Below, in pieces: positions 45,320-56,320 of a DNA stretch of 64,000 bases. A program made the translations under genes and the position numbers. The stretch's first letter is position 1, and each line of letters opens with the position of its first letter. Origin of the DNA: Escherichia coli (GTDB taxonomy: Bacteria; Pseudomonadota; Gammaproteobacteria; Enterobacterales; Enterobacteriaceae); NCBI RefSeq assembly GCF_003334385.1, contig NZ_QOWN01000015.1. The stretch is one strand, 5' to 3'. Under the pieces are notes generated by a model. That model worked only from the letters and a program-made list of their open reading frames with translations. It searched no databases and was not told the DNA's origin.

Positions 45320-46978
45320 ATGATTCTTGAGCGCGTTGAAATTGTGGGTTTTCGCGGTATCAACCGTTTGTCGTTGATGCTGGAACAAAACAACGTCCTG
45401 ATTGGGGAGAACGCGTGGGGTAAATCCAGCTTGCTGGACGCCTTAACTCTGCTGCTATCGCCAGAATCAGATCTCTACCATTTTGAGCGCGACGATTTCT
45501 GGTTCCCGCCGGGAGATATCAACGGGCGAGAACATCATCTGCATATTATTTTGACCTTCCGCGAATCGCTGCCAGGCCGACATCGGGTTCGCCGTTATCG
45601 GCCGCTGGAAGCGTGCTGGACGCCATGCACCGATGGCTATCACCGTATTTTTTATCGTCTGGAAGGGGAGAGTGCGGAAGACGGCAGCGTGATGACACTG
45701 CGCAGTTTTCTCGATAAAGACGGACATCCGATTGATGTCGAGGATATTAACGATCAGGCACGCCATCTGGTGCGTTTAATGCCGGTGCTGCGCTTGCGTG
45801 ATGCCCGTTTTATGCGCCGTATTCGTAACGGCACGGTGCCAAATGTCCCTAATGTGGAAGTCACCGCGCGCCAGCTCGATTTCCTCGCCCGTGAGTTATC
45901 CTCACATCCGCAAAATCTCTCTGATGGGCAGATTCGTCAGGGACTTTCCGCAATGGTACAGCTGCTTGAGCATTATTTCTCTGAGCAGGGGGCCGGACAG
46001 GCGCGATATCGTTTAATGCGGCGGCGAGCCAGCAATGAGCAACGAAGCTGGCGCTATCTGGATATCATCAACCGGATGATTGACCGACCTGGTGGGCGCT
46101 CGTATCGGGTTATTTTGCTCGGCCTATTTGCTACTTTGTTGCAGGCAAAAGGCACATTGCGACTGGATAAAGACGCCCGTCCATTGTTGCTGATCGAAGA
46201 TCCAGAAACCCGTTTACACCCCATTATGCTTTCAGTTGCCTGGCATCTGTTGAATCTTCTGCCATTGCAGCGCATTGCCACCACCAACTCGGGTGAGTTG
46301 CTTTCGTTAACGCCGGTAGAGCATGTTTGCCGACTGGTACGTGAGTCCTCGCGCGTTGCCGCCTGGCGTCTGGGGCCGAGTGGCTTGAGTACCGAAGATA
46401 GCCGACGCATATCCTTTCACATTCGTTTTAACCGTCCGTCATCGCTGTTTGCACGCTGCTGGTTGCTGGTGGAAGGGGAAACGGAAACCTGGGTTATCAA
46501 TGAACTGGCGCGTCAGTGCGGACATCATTTTGATGCCGAAGGGATCAAGGTCATTGAGTTTGCCCAGTCCGGGCTAAAGCCACTGGTTAAATTTGCCCGC
46601 CGAATGGGGATTGAATGGCATGTACTGGTCGATGGCGATGAAGCAGGGAAGAAATATGCCGCTACGGTACGCAGCCTGTTGAATAACGATCGGGAAGCCG
46701 AACGAGAACATTTAACGGCGTTACCGGCGCTGGATATGGAACATTTTATGTATCGCCAGGGATTTTCCGATGTGTTCCACCGCATGGCGCAAATCCCGGA
46801 AAATGTACCGATGAATCTACGCAAAATTATCTCGAAAGCGATCCATCGCTCTTCCAAACCCGATCTTGCCATTGAAGTGGCAATGGAGGCAGGACGTCGT
46901 GGTGTGGACTCCGTACCGACGCTGCTGAAAAAAATGTTCTCACGCGTGCTGTGGCTGGCGCGCGGTCGCGCGGATTAA
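45320..46978 (+). CDS. ybjD: OLD-family ATPase-Toprim protein YbjD (predicted ATP-dependent nuclease, function unknown)
   Basis: ORF 552 aa; N-terminal Walker A GENAWGKSS (nt 45404-45430), Walker B-like LLLIEDPE, C-terminal Toprim-like motifs (LLVEGETE, VLVDGDEAG). Confidence 0.9.
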   Translation: MILERVEIVGFRGINRLSLMLEQNNVLIGENAWGKSSLLDALTLLLSPESDLYHFERDDFWFPPGDINGREHHLHIILTFRESLPGRHRVRRYRPLEACWTPCTDGYHRIFYRLEGESAEDGSVMTLRSFLDKDGHPIDVEDINDQARHLVRLMPVLRLRDARFMRRIRNGTVPNVPNVEVTARQLDFLARELSSHPQNLSDGQIRQGLSAMVQLLEHYFSEQGAGQARYRLMRRRASNEQRSWRYLDIINRMIDRPGGRSYRVILLGLFATLLQAKGTLRLDKDARPLLLIEDPETRLHPIMLSVAWHLLNLLPLQRIATTNSGELLSLTPVEHVCRLVRESSRVAAWRLGPSGLSTEDSRRISFHIRFNRPSSLFARCWLLVEGETETWVINELARQCGHHFDAEGIKVIEFAQSGLKPLVKFARRMGIEWHVLVDGDEAGKKYAATVRSLLNNDREAEREHLTALPALDMEHFMYRQGFSDVFHRMAQIPENVPMNLRKIISKAIHRSSKPDLAIEVAMEAGRRGVDSVPTLLKKMFSRVLWLARGRAD

Positions 46979-47967
46979 CCGCGAAACATCGTGGCCATTT
47001 GTGGCTGAATAGCGTCGAGCATCTCATAGCGCCGACGGTATTCAGCCCGTTTTTTACTGGCGATTTCGGCAATCTCTTTTCGTGCTATCTGTGCTGGAAG
47101 GCGGTAATGGCGTTCAGCATCACATACGCCGCCAACCGATTCCCAGAAAGCGTTGTAATCAGCGTGGATCTTGCCTTCTTTATCGCGATAACGCAGGCTG
47201 CGGTAAATATGCGTTTCATTGCTGACGGCAATAATCTGCTCTACCTGCAAACGTTGGGCAAACAGACAGGCCGCTTCCATCACGAGGCGTTTGGGAAATA
47301 GCCCGTGGCAGGCTTTCGTCGCATTCTGGATTTCCTGATGTGGAATTTCCCATTTTGCGCCTTGCAGTCCGCCAATAAACATCGTTCTTTTCCCCTGATA
47401 TTCACACAGGGTAAACGTGATCTCTGCCAGAGGAATACCTTCGCTGTTGCGGAACAGGATTGTGCTGTCACCTTCTTTATCCATTGAGATCATCATGGTC
47501 AGCTCAAGCGTGAACTGCTCGCCGTTTTTGCCTTCCAGCTTCGCCAGTTGCAGCCCGGGGGTATTCAAATATAAGCTGAATTCTTCCGCCGACATACATT
47601 CGCGGAGTAACGCATAATGGTAACGTAACGCCTCCAGCAATTGCTTACGGCTAAGATTCGCCGCAAGGTAAGGGCGATGCAGACGCACAGGCAGTCGCGG
47701 CTGGCGCGTTAACAATACATTGAGATTAGGCCAGTGGGAAAGTTCGTTCATCCACTCAACGCTTAAACGCGGCATAATCAACGAGCGCAGCAAAAATTTC
47801 TGGCGAAAACTACGGCGATGCCAGAATTTACCCGGCCGACACTGTCCACGTGCCAGACTAAGAAAAAGTGACAGGCTGCTGAGAGATTCAGATGGCGTAA
47901 AGGTCCGTTCAGTTAGCTGCGACATATTCATGAAATCAATGGTTATACATGGCGTCGATTTCACCAT
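46975..47967 (-). CDS. ybjX: VirK/DUF535-family protein YbjX
   Basis: ORF 330 aa; length and position match ybjX; stop overlaps ybjD stop. Confidence 0.88.
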   Translation of the reverse strand: MVKSTPCITIDFMNMSQLTERTFTPSESLSSLSLFLSLARGQCRPGKFWHRRSFRQKFLLRSLIMPRLSVEWMNELSHWPNLNVLLTRQPRLPVRLHRPYLAANLSRKQLLEALRYHYALLRECMSAEEFSLYLNTPGLQLAKLEGKNGEQFTLELTMMISMDKEGDSTILFRNSEGIPLAEITFTLCEYQGKRTMFIGGLQGAKWEIPHQEIQNATKACHGLFPKRLVMEAACLFAQRLQVEQIIAVSNETHIYRSLRYRDKEGKIHADYNAFWESVGGVCDAERHYRLPAQIARKEIAEIASKKRAEYRRRYEMLDAIQPQMATMFRG

Positions 47968-48081
47968 TGCGTATCTTAACCAAACATCAATAGTGTGATT
48001 ACTAACGTAAATTTTAGGGTTTTGTTGATATTTCGTTGAAGTTAATGACCCGGATTGGCATATGGAGTATTCAGAAAATTT

Positions 48082-49197
48082 ATGAAAAAGCGGAAAACCG
48101 TGAAGAAGCGTTACGTTATTGCGCTGGTGATAGTCATCGCCGGACTGATTACGTTATGGAGAATTCTTAACGCACCCGTGCCGACTTATCAGACGCTGAT
48201 TGTGCGCCCCGGTGATTTACAGCAAAGCGTGCTGGCGACCGGAAAGCTGGACGCGCTGCGTAAGGTTGATGTGGGCGCGCAGGTCAGCGGTCAGTTGAAA
48301 ACTCTGTCGGTGGCGATTGGCGATAAAGTAAAAAAAGACCAGCTTTTAGGGGTTATTGATCCTGAACAGGCTGAAAACCAGATTAAGGAGGTCGAAGCAA
48401 CGCTGATGGAGCTACGTGCGCAGCGGCAGCAGGCGGAAGCGGAGCTGAAACTGGCGCGGGTGACGTATTCCCGTCAGCAACGTCTGGCACAAACGAAGGC
48501 TGTTTCACAGCAGGATCTCGACACCGCCGCGACGGAGATGGCTGTGAAACAGGCGCAAATTGGCACCATTGACGCGCAAATCAAGCGCAATCAGGCTTCT
48601 CTCGATACGGCTAAAACCAATCTCGATTACACTCGCATCGTTGCCCCGATGGCCGGGGAAGTCACGCAAATCACCACTCTGCAAGGCCAGACGGTGATTG
48701 CCGCACAACAAGCACCGAACATTCTGACGCTGGCAGATATGAGCACCATGCTGGTAAAAGCGCAGGTTTCTGAAGCGGATGTAATCCACCTGAAGCCGGG
48801 GCAAAAAGCCTGGTTTACGGTGCTTGGCGATCCACTGACGCGCTACGAGGGGCAAATCAAGGATGTACTACCGACGCCGGAAAAGGTTAACGACGCTATT
48901 TTCTATTACGCCCGTTTTGAAGTCCCCAACCCCAATGGTTTGCTGCGGCTGGATATGACTGCGCAAGTGCATATTCAGCTCACCGATGTGAAAAATGTGC
49001 TGACGATCCCTCTGTCGGCGTTAGGCGATCCGGTTGGCGATAATCGTTATAAAGTCAAATTGTTGCGTAATGGTGAAACACGCGAGCGTGAAGTGACGAT
49101 TGGCGCACGTAACGATACCGATGTTGAGATTGTCAAAGGGCTTGAAGCGGGCGATGAAGTGGTGATTGGTGAGGCCAAACCAGGAGCTGCACAATGA
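48082..49197 (+). CDS. macA: Macrolide efflux membrane fusion protein MacA
   Basis: ORF 48055..49197 trimmed to ATG 48082 (371 aa). Confidence 0.92.
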   Translation: MKKRKTVKKRYVIALVIVIAGLITLWRILNAPVPTYQTLIVRPGDLQQSVLATGKLDALRKVDVGAQVSGQLKTLSVAIGDKVKKDQLLGVIDPEQAENQIKEVEATLMELRAQRQQAEAELKLARVTYSRQQRLAQTKAVSQQDLDTAATEMAVKQAQIGTIDAQIKRNQASLDTAKTNLDYTRIVAPMAGEVTQITTLQGQTVIAAQQAPNILTLADMSTMLVKAQVSEADVIHLKPGQKAWFTVLGDPLTRYEGQIKDVLPTPEKVNDAIFYYARFEVPNPNGLLRLDMTAQVHIQLTDVKNVLTIPLSALGDPVGDNRYKVKLLRNGETREREVTIGARNDTDVEIVKGLEAGDEVVIGEAKPGAAQ

Positions 49198-51140
49198 CGC
49201 CTTTGCTCGAATTAAAGGATATTCGTCGCAGCTATCCTGCCGGTGATGAGCAGGTTGAGGTGCTGAAGGGCATCAGCCTCGATATTTATGCGGGTGAGAT
49301 GGTCGCGATTGTTGGCGCTTCGGGTTCCGGTAAATCGACCCTGATGAATATTCTCGGCTGTCTGGATAAGGCCACCAGCGGCACCTATCGCGTCGCCGGT
49401 CAGGATGTTGCCACGCTGGACGCCGATGCGCTGGCGCAACTGCGCCGCGAGCATTTCGGCTTTATTTTCCAGCGTTACCATTTGCTTTCGCATTTAACCG
49501 CCGAGCAGAACGTTGAAGTACCCGCCGTCTATGCTGGTCTTGAGCGGAAACAGCGACTGCTTCGTGCCCAGGAGTTGCTGCAACGGCTGGGGCTGGAAGA
49601 CCGTACAGAGTATTATCCGGCACAGCTTTCGGGTGGTCAGCAACAGCGCGTCAGCATCGCGCGGGCATTGATGAACGGTGGTCAGGTAATTCTTGCCGAT
49701 GAACCAACCGGCGCACTGGACAGCCATTCTGGCGAAGAGGTGATGGCGATCCTGCATCAGCTGCGCGATCGTGGGCATACGGTGATTATCGTCACCCACG
49801 ATCCGCAGGTCGCTGCTCAGGCCGAGCGGGTGATCGAAATTCGCGACGGCGAAATTGTGCGCAATCCTCCCGCCATTGAAAAAGTGAATGTTACTGGCGG
49901 GACGGAACCTGTTGTCAACACGGTGTCTGGCTGGCGGCAGTTTGTCAGCGGTTTTAACGAGGCGCTGACGATGGCATGGCGGGCGCTGGCAGCGAATAAA
50001 ATGCGTACTTTACTGACCATGCTGGGGATTATTATCGGTATTGCGTCGGTGGTTTCCATTGTCGTGGTGGGTGACGCCGCCAAACAAATGGTGCTGGCGG
50101 ATATTCGTTCTATTGGTACGAATACTATTGATGTCTATCCCGGGAAAGATTTTGGCGATGACGATCCGCAATATCAGCAGGCGCTGAAGTACGACGACTT
50201 AATCGCCATCCAAAAACAACCGTGGGTCGCCTCAGCCACACCTGCCGTCTCGCAAAACCTGCGCCTGCGTTATAACAATGTTGATGTTGCTGCCAGTGCC
50301 AATGGCGTGAGCGGCGATTATTTTAATGTCTATGGCATGACCTTCAGTGAAGGAAACACCTTTAATCAGGAGCAGCTGAACGGTCGTGCGCAGGTCGTGG
50401 TTCTCGACAGTAATACTCGCCGCCAGCTTTTCCCCCATAAAGCAGATGTGGTTGGCGAGGTGATTCTGGTCGGCAATATGCCCGCCAGAGTCATTGGTGT
50501 GGCGGAAGAAAAACAGTCGATGTTTGGTAGCAGTAAAGTGCTGCGTGTCTGGCTACCTTACAGCACGATGTCCGGGCGAGTTATGGGCCAGTCGTGGCTT
50601 AACTCCATTACTGTCAGGGTGAAAGAAGGATTTGACAGCGCCGAGGCGGAACAGCAACTCACGCGTTTACTTTCACTGCGCCACGGAAAGAAGGATTTCT
50701 TTACCTGGAACATGGACGGCGTCTTGAAAACTGTTGAAAAGACCACACGTACTTTACAACTGTTTCTGACGCTGGTGGCGGTGATTTCGCTGGTGGTGGG
50801 CGGTATTGGTGTAATGAATATTATGCTGGTGTCAGTGACCGAGCGGACGCGGGAAATTGGCATTCGCATGGCTGTAGGTGCGCGAGCAAGCGATGTTTTG
50901 CAACAGTTCCTGATCGAAGCCGTACTGGTTTGCCTGGTCGGTGGCGCGTTGGGAATAACACTGTCACTGTTAATTGCTTTCACCTTGCAGCTTTTCTTAC
51001 CCGGCTGGGAGATTGGTTTTTCACCGTTGGCGCTGCTGCTGGCGTTTCTCTGCTCGACGGTCACCGGGATTTTATTTGGCTGGTTACCCGCACGAAATGC
51101 GGCACGACTGGATCCAGTAGATGCTCTGGCACGAGAGTAA
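49194..51140 (+). CDS. macB: Macrolide efflux ABC transporter MacB (ATPase-permease fusion)
   Basis: ORF 648 aa; Walker [18 protein letters not shown]; ATGA overlap with macA. Confidence 0.95.
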   Translation: MTPLLELKDIRRSYPAGDEQVEVLKGISLDIYAGEMVAIVGASGSGKSTLMNILGCLDKATSGTYRVAGQDVATLDADALAQLRREHFGFIFQRYHLLSHLTAEQNVEVPAVYAGLERKQRLLRAQELLQRLGLEDRTEYYPAQLSGGQQQRVSIARALMNGGQVILADEPTGALDSHSGEEVMAILHQLRDRGHTVIIVTHDPQVAAQAERVIEIRDGEIVRNPPAIEKVNVTGGTEPVVNTVSGWRQFVSGFNEALTMAWRALAANKMRTLLTMLGIIIGIASVVSIVVVGDAAKQMVLADIRSIGTNTIDVYPGKDFGDDDPQYQQALKYDDLIAIQKQPWVASATPAVSQNLRLRYNNVDVAASANGVSGDYFNVYGMTFSEGNTFNQEQLNGRAQVVVLDSNTRRQLFPHKADVVGEVILVGNMPARVIGVAEEKQSMFGSSKVLRVWLPYSTMSGRVMGQSWLNSITVRVKEGFDSAEAEQQLTRLLSLRHGKKDFFTWNMDGVLKTVEKTTRTLQLFLTLVAVISLVVGGIGVMNIMLVSVTERTREIGIRMAVGARASDVLQQFLIEAVLVCLVGGALGITLSLLIAFTLQLFLPGWEIGFSPLALLLAFLCSTVTGILFGWLPARNAARLDPVDALARE

Positions 51141-51212
51141 TTTTTGAGATAAAAATGCCAGCCGATCGGGCTGGCATTTTGCCTTTAGGATGTACACAAT
51201 GAGACAGAAGAG

Positions 51213-51437
51213 CTATGCGACTGCCGCTTCTACTTCGACGGGCACAATAACACTGGCGTGATTGCCTTTTGGCCCCTGGTGGACATCAAACTGAACGGAT
51301 TGTCCAGCTTTTAGCGTTCTGTAACCATCCATCTGAATGGTGGAATAATGAGCGAAAATATCTTCGCCGCCGCCTTCAGGGCAGATGAAACCAAACCCTT
51401 TGGCATTGTTGAACCACTTAACAGTACCCTTTTCCAT
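51213..51437 (-). CDS. cspD: Stationary-phase cold-shock-like protein CspD (replication inhibitor)
   Basis: ORF 51213..51467 trimmed to ATG (74 aa); cold-shock domain motifs KGFGFI and VHF. Confidence 0.93.
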   Translation of the reverse strand: MEKGTVKWFNNAKGFGFICPEGGGEDIFAHYSTIQMDGYRTLKAGQSVQFDVHQGPKGNHASVIVPVEVEAAVA

Positions 51438-51759
51438 GCTTCGACATCCTTCGCAAATCTTATACAAGTAAGATGGAATAAACCGGGGTCAGAGAGGGGG
51501 CTGTTCAAAACCTCGCCAACTCTAGAAATACAATTTAGAGAATTAGGGCGAGCCGTCAAGCATTTGACAGGGGACAAGGGGCAGGTATGAATCAAAAATT
51601 TGAAGCAGTTAACGCTATTGACAGGAATGTGACAGATGTCGCTGATGCCAACGATAGATGATAGTTATCTATCATGTGGAGTAGATTGGTCAGGCAAATA
51701 AGCTCTTGTCAGCGGCAGGGCGTTCTGCCGATAACCGTAACCGAAGATGATAACTGACA

Positions 51760-52080
51760 ATGGGTAAAACGAACGACTGGCTGGACTTTGATCAACTGGC
51801 GGAAGAAAAAGTTCGCGACGCGCTAAAACCGCCATCTATGTATAAAGTGATATTAGTCAATGATGATTACACTCCGATGGAGTTTGTTATTGACGTGTTA
51901 CAAAAATTCTTTTCTTATGATGTAGAACGTGCAACGCAATTGATGCTCGCTGTTCACTACCAGGGGAAGGCCATTTGCGGAGTCTTTACCGCCGAGGTTG
52001 CAGAAACCAAAGTGGCGATGGTGAACAAGTACGCGAGGGAGAATGAGCATCCATTGCTGTGTACGCTAGAAAAAGCCTGA
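51760..52080 (+). CDS. clpS: ClpA adaptor protein ClpS
   Basis: ORF 106 aa. Confidence 0.95.
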
Positions 52081-52110
52081 ATGCAGGCATAAAAATTGGG
52101 GGAGGTGCCT

Positions 52111-54387
52111 ATGCTCAATCAAGAACTGGAACTCAGTTTAAATATGGCTTTCGCCAGAGCGCGCGAGCACCGTCATGAGTTTATGACCGTCGAGCACTTG
52201 TTACTGGCGCTGCTCAGTAACCCATCTGCCCGGGAGGCGCTGGAAGCGTGTTCTGTGGATTTGGTTGCGCTCCGTCAGGAACTGGAAGCCTTTATTGAAC
52301 AAACCACACCCGTTCTGCCTGCCAGTGAAGAGGAGCGCGACACACAGCCGACGCTGAGTTTTCAGCGTGTACTGCAACGTGCGGTCTTCCATGTCCAGTC
52401 CTCCGGTCGCAATGAGGTTACCGGTGCAAACGTTCTGGTCGCTATCTTTAGCGAACAGGAGTCGCAGGCGGCATATCTGTTGCGTAAACATGAAGTCAGC
52501 CGTCTCGATGTGGTGAACTTTATCTCTCATGGCACGCGTAAAGACGAGCCGACACAGTCTTCTGATCCTGGCAGCCAGCCAAACAGCGAAGAACAAGCTG
52601 GTGGGGAGGAACGTATGGAGAATTTCACGACGAACCTGAATCAGCTTGCGCGCGTGGGCGGAATCGACCCACTGATTGGTCGTGAGAAGGAGCTGGAGCG
52701 TGCTATTCAGGTTCTCTGCCGTCGCCGTAAAAACAACCCGCTGCTGGTGGGGGAATCTGGTGTCGGTAAAACCGCGATTGCGGAAGGTCTTGCCTGGCGA
52801 ATTGTTCAGGGCGATGTGCCGGAAGTGATGGCTGACTGTACGATTTACTCTCTCGATATCGGTTCTCTGTTAGCGGGCACAAAATATCGCGGCGACTTTG
52901 AAAAACGTTTTAAAGCGTTGCTCAAGCAGCTGGAGCAGGACACTAACAGCATCCTGTTTATTGATGAGATCCACACCATTATCGGTGCGGGTGCAGCGTC
53001 TGGTGGTCAGGTCGATGCGGCTAACCTAATCAAACCGTTGCTCTCCAGCGGTAAAATTCGTGTAATTGGTTCGACAACCTATCAGGAGTTCAGCAACATT
53101 TTCGAGAAAGACCGTGCTCTGGCGCGTCGCTTCCAGAAAATTGATATTACTGAACCGTCGATCGAAGAAACTGTTCAAATCATCAATGGCCTGAAACCGA
53201 AGTATGAAGCGCACCACGACGTGCGTTATACCGCAAAAGCGGTGCGTGCGGCGGTAGAGCTGGCGGTGAAATACATTAACGATCGTCATCTGCCGGATAA
53301 AGCCATTGATGTTATCGACGAAGCGGGCGCTCGCGCACGCCTGATGCCGGTAAGCAAACGCAAGAAAACCGTTAATGTGGCGGATATTGAGTCCGTGGTG
53401 GCCCGTATTGCACGCATTCCAGAGAAGAGTGTTTCTCAGAGTGATCGTGATACCCTGAAAAACCTCGGCGATCGCTTGAAAATGCTGGTCTTCGGTCAGG
53501 ATAAAGCCATTGAGGCGCTGACTGAAGCCATTAAGATGGCGCGTGCAGGTTTAGGTCACGAACATAAACCGGTTGGTTCGTTCCTGTTTGCCGGCCCTAC
53601 CGGGGTCGGGAAAACAGAGGTGACGGTACAGCTTTCGAAAGCTTTGGGCATTGAGCTTCTGCGCTTTGATATGTCCGAGTATATGGAACGCCATACCGTC
53701 AGCCGTCTTATTGGTGCGCCTCCGGGATACGTTGGTTTTGATCAGGGCGGTTTGCTGACTGATGCGGTCATCAAGCATCCACATGCGGTGCTGCTGCTGG
53801 ACGAAATCGAGAAAGCGCACCCGGACGTGTTCAATATTCTGTTGCAGGTGATGGATAACGGTACGCTGACCGATAACAACGGACGCAAAGCAGACTTCCG
53901 TAACGTGGTGCTGGTGATGACCACCAACGCCGGGGTACGGGAAACTGAGCGCAAATCCATTGGTCTTATCCACCAGGATAACAGCACCGATGCGATGGAA
54001 GAGATCAAGAAGATCTTTACACCGGAATTCCGTAACCGTCTCGACAACATTATCTGGTTTGATCATCTGTCAACCGACGTGATCCATCAGGTGGTGGATA
54101 AATTCATCGTCGAGTTGCAGGTTCAGCTGGATCAGAAAGGTGTTTCTCTGGAAGTGAGCCAGGAAGCGCGTAACTGGCTGGCCGAGAAAGGTTACGACCG
54201 GGCAATGGGCGCTCGTCCGATGGCGCGTGTCATCCAGGACAACCTGAAAAAACCGCTCGCCAACGAACTGCTGTTTGGTTCGCTGGTGGACGGCGGTCAG
54301 GTCACCGTCGCGCTGGATAAAGAGAAAAATGAGCTGACTTACGGATTCCAGAGTGCACAAAAGCACAAGGCGGAAGCAGCGCATTAA
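52111..54387 (+). CDS. clpA: ATP-dependent Clp protease ATP-binding subunit ClpA
   Basis: ORF 52096..54387 trimmed to ATG 52111 (758 aa); two AAA+ modules with Walker A GESGVGKT and GPTGVGKT. Confidence 0.95.
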   Translation: MLNQELELSLNMAFARAREHRHEFMTVEHLLLALLSNPSAREALEACSVDLVALRQELEAFIEQTTPVLPASEEERDTQPTLSFQRVLQRAVFHVQSSGRNEVTGANVLVAIFSEQESQAAYLLRKHEVSRLDVVNFISHGTRKDEPTQSSDPGSQPNSEEQAGGEERMENFTTNLNQLARVGGIDPLIGREKELERAIQVLCRRRKNNPLLVGESGVGKTAIAEGLAWRIVQGDVPEVMADCTIYSLDIGSLLAGTKYRGDFEKRFKALLKQLEQDTNSILFIDEIHTIIGAGAASGGQVDAANLIKPLLSSGKIRVIGSTTYQEFSNIFEKDRALARRFQKIDITEPSIEETVQIINGLKPKYEAHHDVRYTAKAVRAAVELAVKYINDRHLPDKAIDVIDEAGARARLMPVSKRKKTVNVADIESVVARIARIPEKSVSQSDRDTLKNLGDRLKMLVFGQDKAIEALTEAIKMARAGLGHEHKPVGSFLFAGPTGVGKTEVTVQLSKALGIELLRFDMSEYMERHTVSRLIGAPPGYVGFDQGGLLTDAVIKHPHAVLLLDEIEKAHPDVFNILLQVMDNGTLTDNNGRKADFRNVVLVMTTNAGVRETERKSIGLIHQDNSTDAMEEIKKIFTPEFRNRLDNIIWFDHLSTDVIHQVVDKFIVELQVQLDQKGVSLEVSQEARNWLAEKGYDRAMGARPMARVIQDNLKKPLANELLFGSLVDGGQVTVALDKEKNELTYGFQSAQKHKAEAAH

Positions 54388-54412
54388 TCTGATTGTTAGG
54401 TAGGTTGGTCAA

Positions 54413-54450
54413 GTCCGTAATCTCGAAAGAGGTTACGGACTTTTTGTTTA
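54413..54450 (+). terminator. Rho-independent terminator of clpSA
   Basis: Stem GTCCGTAA/TTACGGAC followed by TTTTTGTTTA. Confidence 0.8.
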
Positions 54451-54599
54451 TGGGGTGGAGGAGGTTCAGACCCTTTTTTTAATGATGATGGTAAGTTGTT
54501 GATAATTAGTGCTGCGGGAAGGTAAGGATAAAAAAGGGTGCTGCAGGAGAATGGGATGGTTTTGCTTTATTAACAACGGGCTAAACGTGTAGTATTTGA

Positions 54600-54687
54600 G
54601 TTCACTGCCGTACAGGCAGCTTAGAAATTCACAGGTAACATACTCCACCCGCCCACCATGTTCACTGCCGTACAGACAGATAAAATG
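54600..54687 (+). CRISPR. Vestigial type I-F CRISPR array: 2 repeats, 1 spacer of 32 bp, no cas genes
   Basis: Repeat 1 GTTCACTGCCGTACAGGCAGCTTAGAAA (54600-54627) matches the I-F consensus; spacer 54628-54659; repeat 2 (54660-54687) identical in the first 16 nt then degenerate, as expected for a terminal repeat. Confidence 0.85.
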
Positions 54688-54688
54688 C

Positions 54689-54718
54689 GAAAAAAAAGCT
54701 CGCACTTTCGTACGAGCT
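54689..54718 (-). terminator. Rho-independent terminator of serW
   Basis: On minus strand stem AGCTCG/CGAGCT with 10-nt loop followed by TTTTTTTT; abuts the degenerate CRISPR repeat. Confidence 0.75.
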
Positions 54719-54730
54719 CTTCTTTAAATA

Positions 54731-54818
54731 TGGCGGTGAGGGGGGGATTCGAACCCCCGATACGTTGCCGTATACACACTTTCCAGGCGTGCTCCTTCAG
54801 CCACTCGGACACCTCACC
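54731..54818 (-). tRNA. serW: tRNA-Ser (anticodon GGA)
   Basis: Reverse complement reads GGTGAGGTGTCCGAGTGGCTGAAGGAGCACGCCTGGAAAGTG...GGTTCGAATCCCCCCCTCACCGCCA; long variable arm, encoded CCA. Confidence 0.95.
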
Positions 54819-55002
54819 AAATTGTTTTGCTACCAAACCTCATGGGTGGCAACGGGGCGCTACTATAGGGAGTTGGAGTAAAACGGTCAAGAAGAATTTT
54901 AATGATAATTATTGTTTGCTCATACTGTAAACAAGTTGTGCAGTATATCTACATCGAGACAAGTTACGGACTTATACTTCCAAAGTACTTCATACATATC
55001 AC

Positions 55003-55030
55003 AAAATAAAAAGGCCGGTTAAACCGACCT
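55003..55030 (-). terminator. Probable rho-independent terminator of infA
   Basis: On minus strand GGTCGG-TTTAA-CCGGCC hairpin (one G-U pair) followed by TTTTTATTTT. Confidence 0.5.
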
Positions 55031-55071
55031 TTTACTCGTTCTTTCTCTTCGCCCATCAGGCGGTAAAACAA

Positions 55072-55293
<222 letters not shown>

Positions 55294-55574
55294 ATCCTCT
55301 GGGGTATCACTACCGTAATTTGAACCGGCAAGATAATGCCGAAGTTCTGTAAATAAGTAAAGATTTGCGCGCTAAATCGCAACAAACAGGTTCGGCACAT
55401 TACTCCGAAAACACACGGCTAAGCCGCACCAAAAGCGCAACGTATAAGGGAGCGGTGAGATAAACGATGGGCGTTACCTGACGCGAAAAATTCCTTATCG
55501 GCAGCGGGGTAATGAGCGTAACCAACTCTGCGACCGCAATTATAACACTCTGGGGAGAAATGTGCCGAAAACAT

Positions 55575-56279
55575 TCATTCTTGTGGTGAAAACAAGCATC
55601 GTGGTACCCAGAAATTATTCGGCAATCGTCCGAGGCGCATTTGATTGAGATAATTAAGGTAATCCCGGCGGGGAATTTCGCAGGCACCAAGCGATGCTGT
55701 GTGATCGTTAAGGACCTGGCAGTCGATAAGCTTACCGCCATGACCGATAAATTCCTCACAGAATACCAGAAGCGCCGTTTTAGACGCATTTTCCATCCGG
55801 CTGAACATGGACTCGCCACAAAATAGCGTTCCCTGGGCCACGCCGTACATACCGCCGACAAGCTCATCTTCACGCCAGACTTCAATGGAGTGGGCATGGC
55901 CGAGTTCGTGAAGGCGATGGTAGGCTTCGACCACGCCACGCGTGATCCAGGTTCCTTCTTCGCGATCGCTGGCACAGCCTTCAATGACCTGACCAAAAGC
56001 GTAATTCATCGTGACACGATAGGGCGAGCGTTTATGAAATCGCTTCATACTACGGCTGATATGCAGTGATTCTGGCCATAGCACCGCGCGGGGATCGGGC
56101 GACCACCAGAGGATGGGGTCGCCTGGAGAAAACCACGGAAAAATACCACGCTGGTAAGCCATTAACAGGCGCGCAGGGCTAAGATCGCCCCCAAGTGCCA
56201 GCAGGCCGTTAGGCTCACGTAATGCGCCTTCCGGGGAAGGGAAGGCTATTGAATGGCGAGAAAGCTGAACCAGGCGCAT
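55575..56279 (-). CDS. aat: Leucyl/phenylalanyl-tRNA--protein transferase
   Basis: ORF 234 aa. Confidence 0.93.
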
Positions 56280-56320
56280 GACCGCAAAACTCCACGCAAG
56301 TCGGATCGTTCAATAATAGC

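Noticed and set aside
53551-54066. 171-aa ORF antisense to clpA; similar long antisense ORFs inside rimO (5684-6163), rimK (21198-21722), potG (24348-24836), macB (50558-51064) and trxB (60217-60705)
   Set aside because: All are embedded opposite well-supported genes with conserved motifs; none has a plausible RBS or known domain.
54600-54687. Possibility of a complete CRISPR-Cas system
   Set aside because: Only two repeats exist and every flanking ORF is accounted for (clpA, serW, infA, aat); there are no cas genes in the window.
54450-55070. Possible mobile-element or island boundary at serW (tRNA gene as integration site)
   Set aside because: No integrase, transposase, direct repeats of the tRNA 3' end, or foreign genes are adjacent. 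Only the CRISPR remnant is present, and it is reported separately.
55400-55996. 198-aa ORF on the minus strand spanning the infA-aat intergenic region and the 3' part of aat
   Set aside because: Overlaps aat in a different frame and runs through the infA promoter region; the translation has no recognisable fold. The real genes (aat, infA) explain the region.
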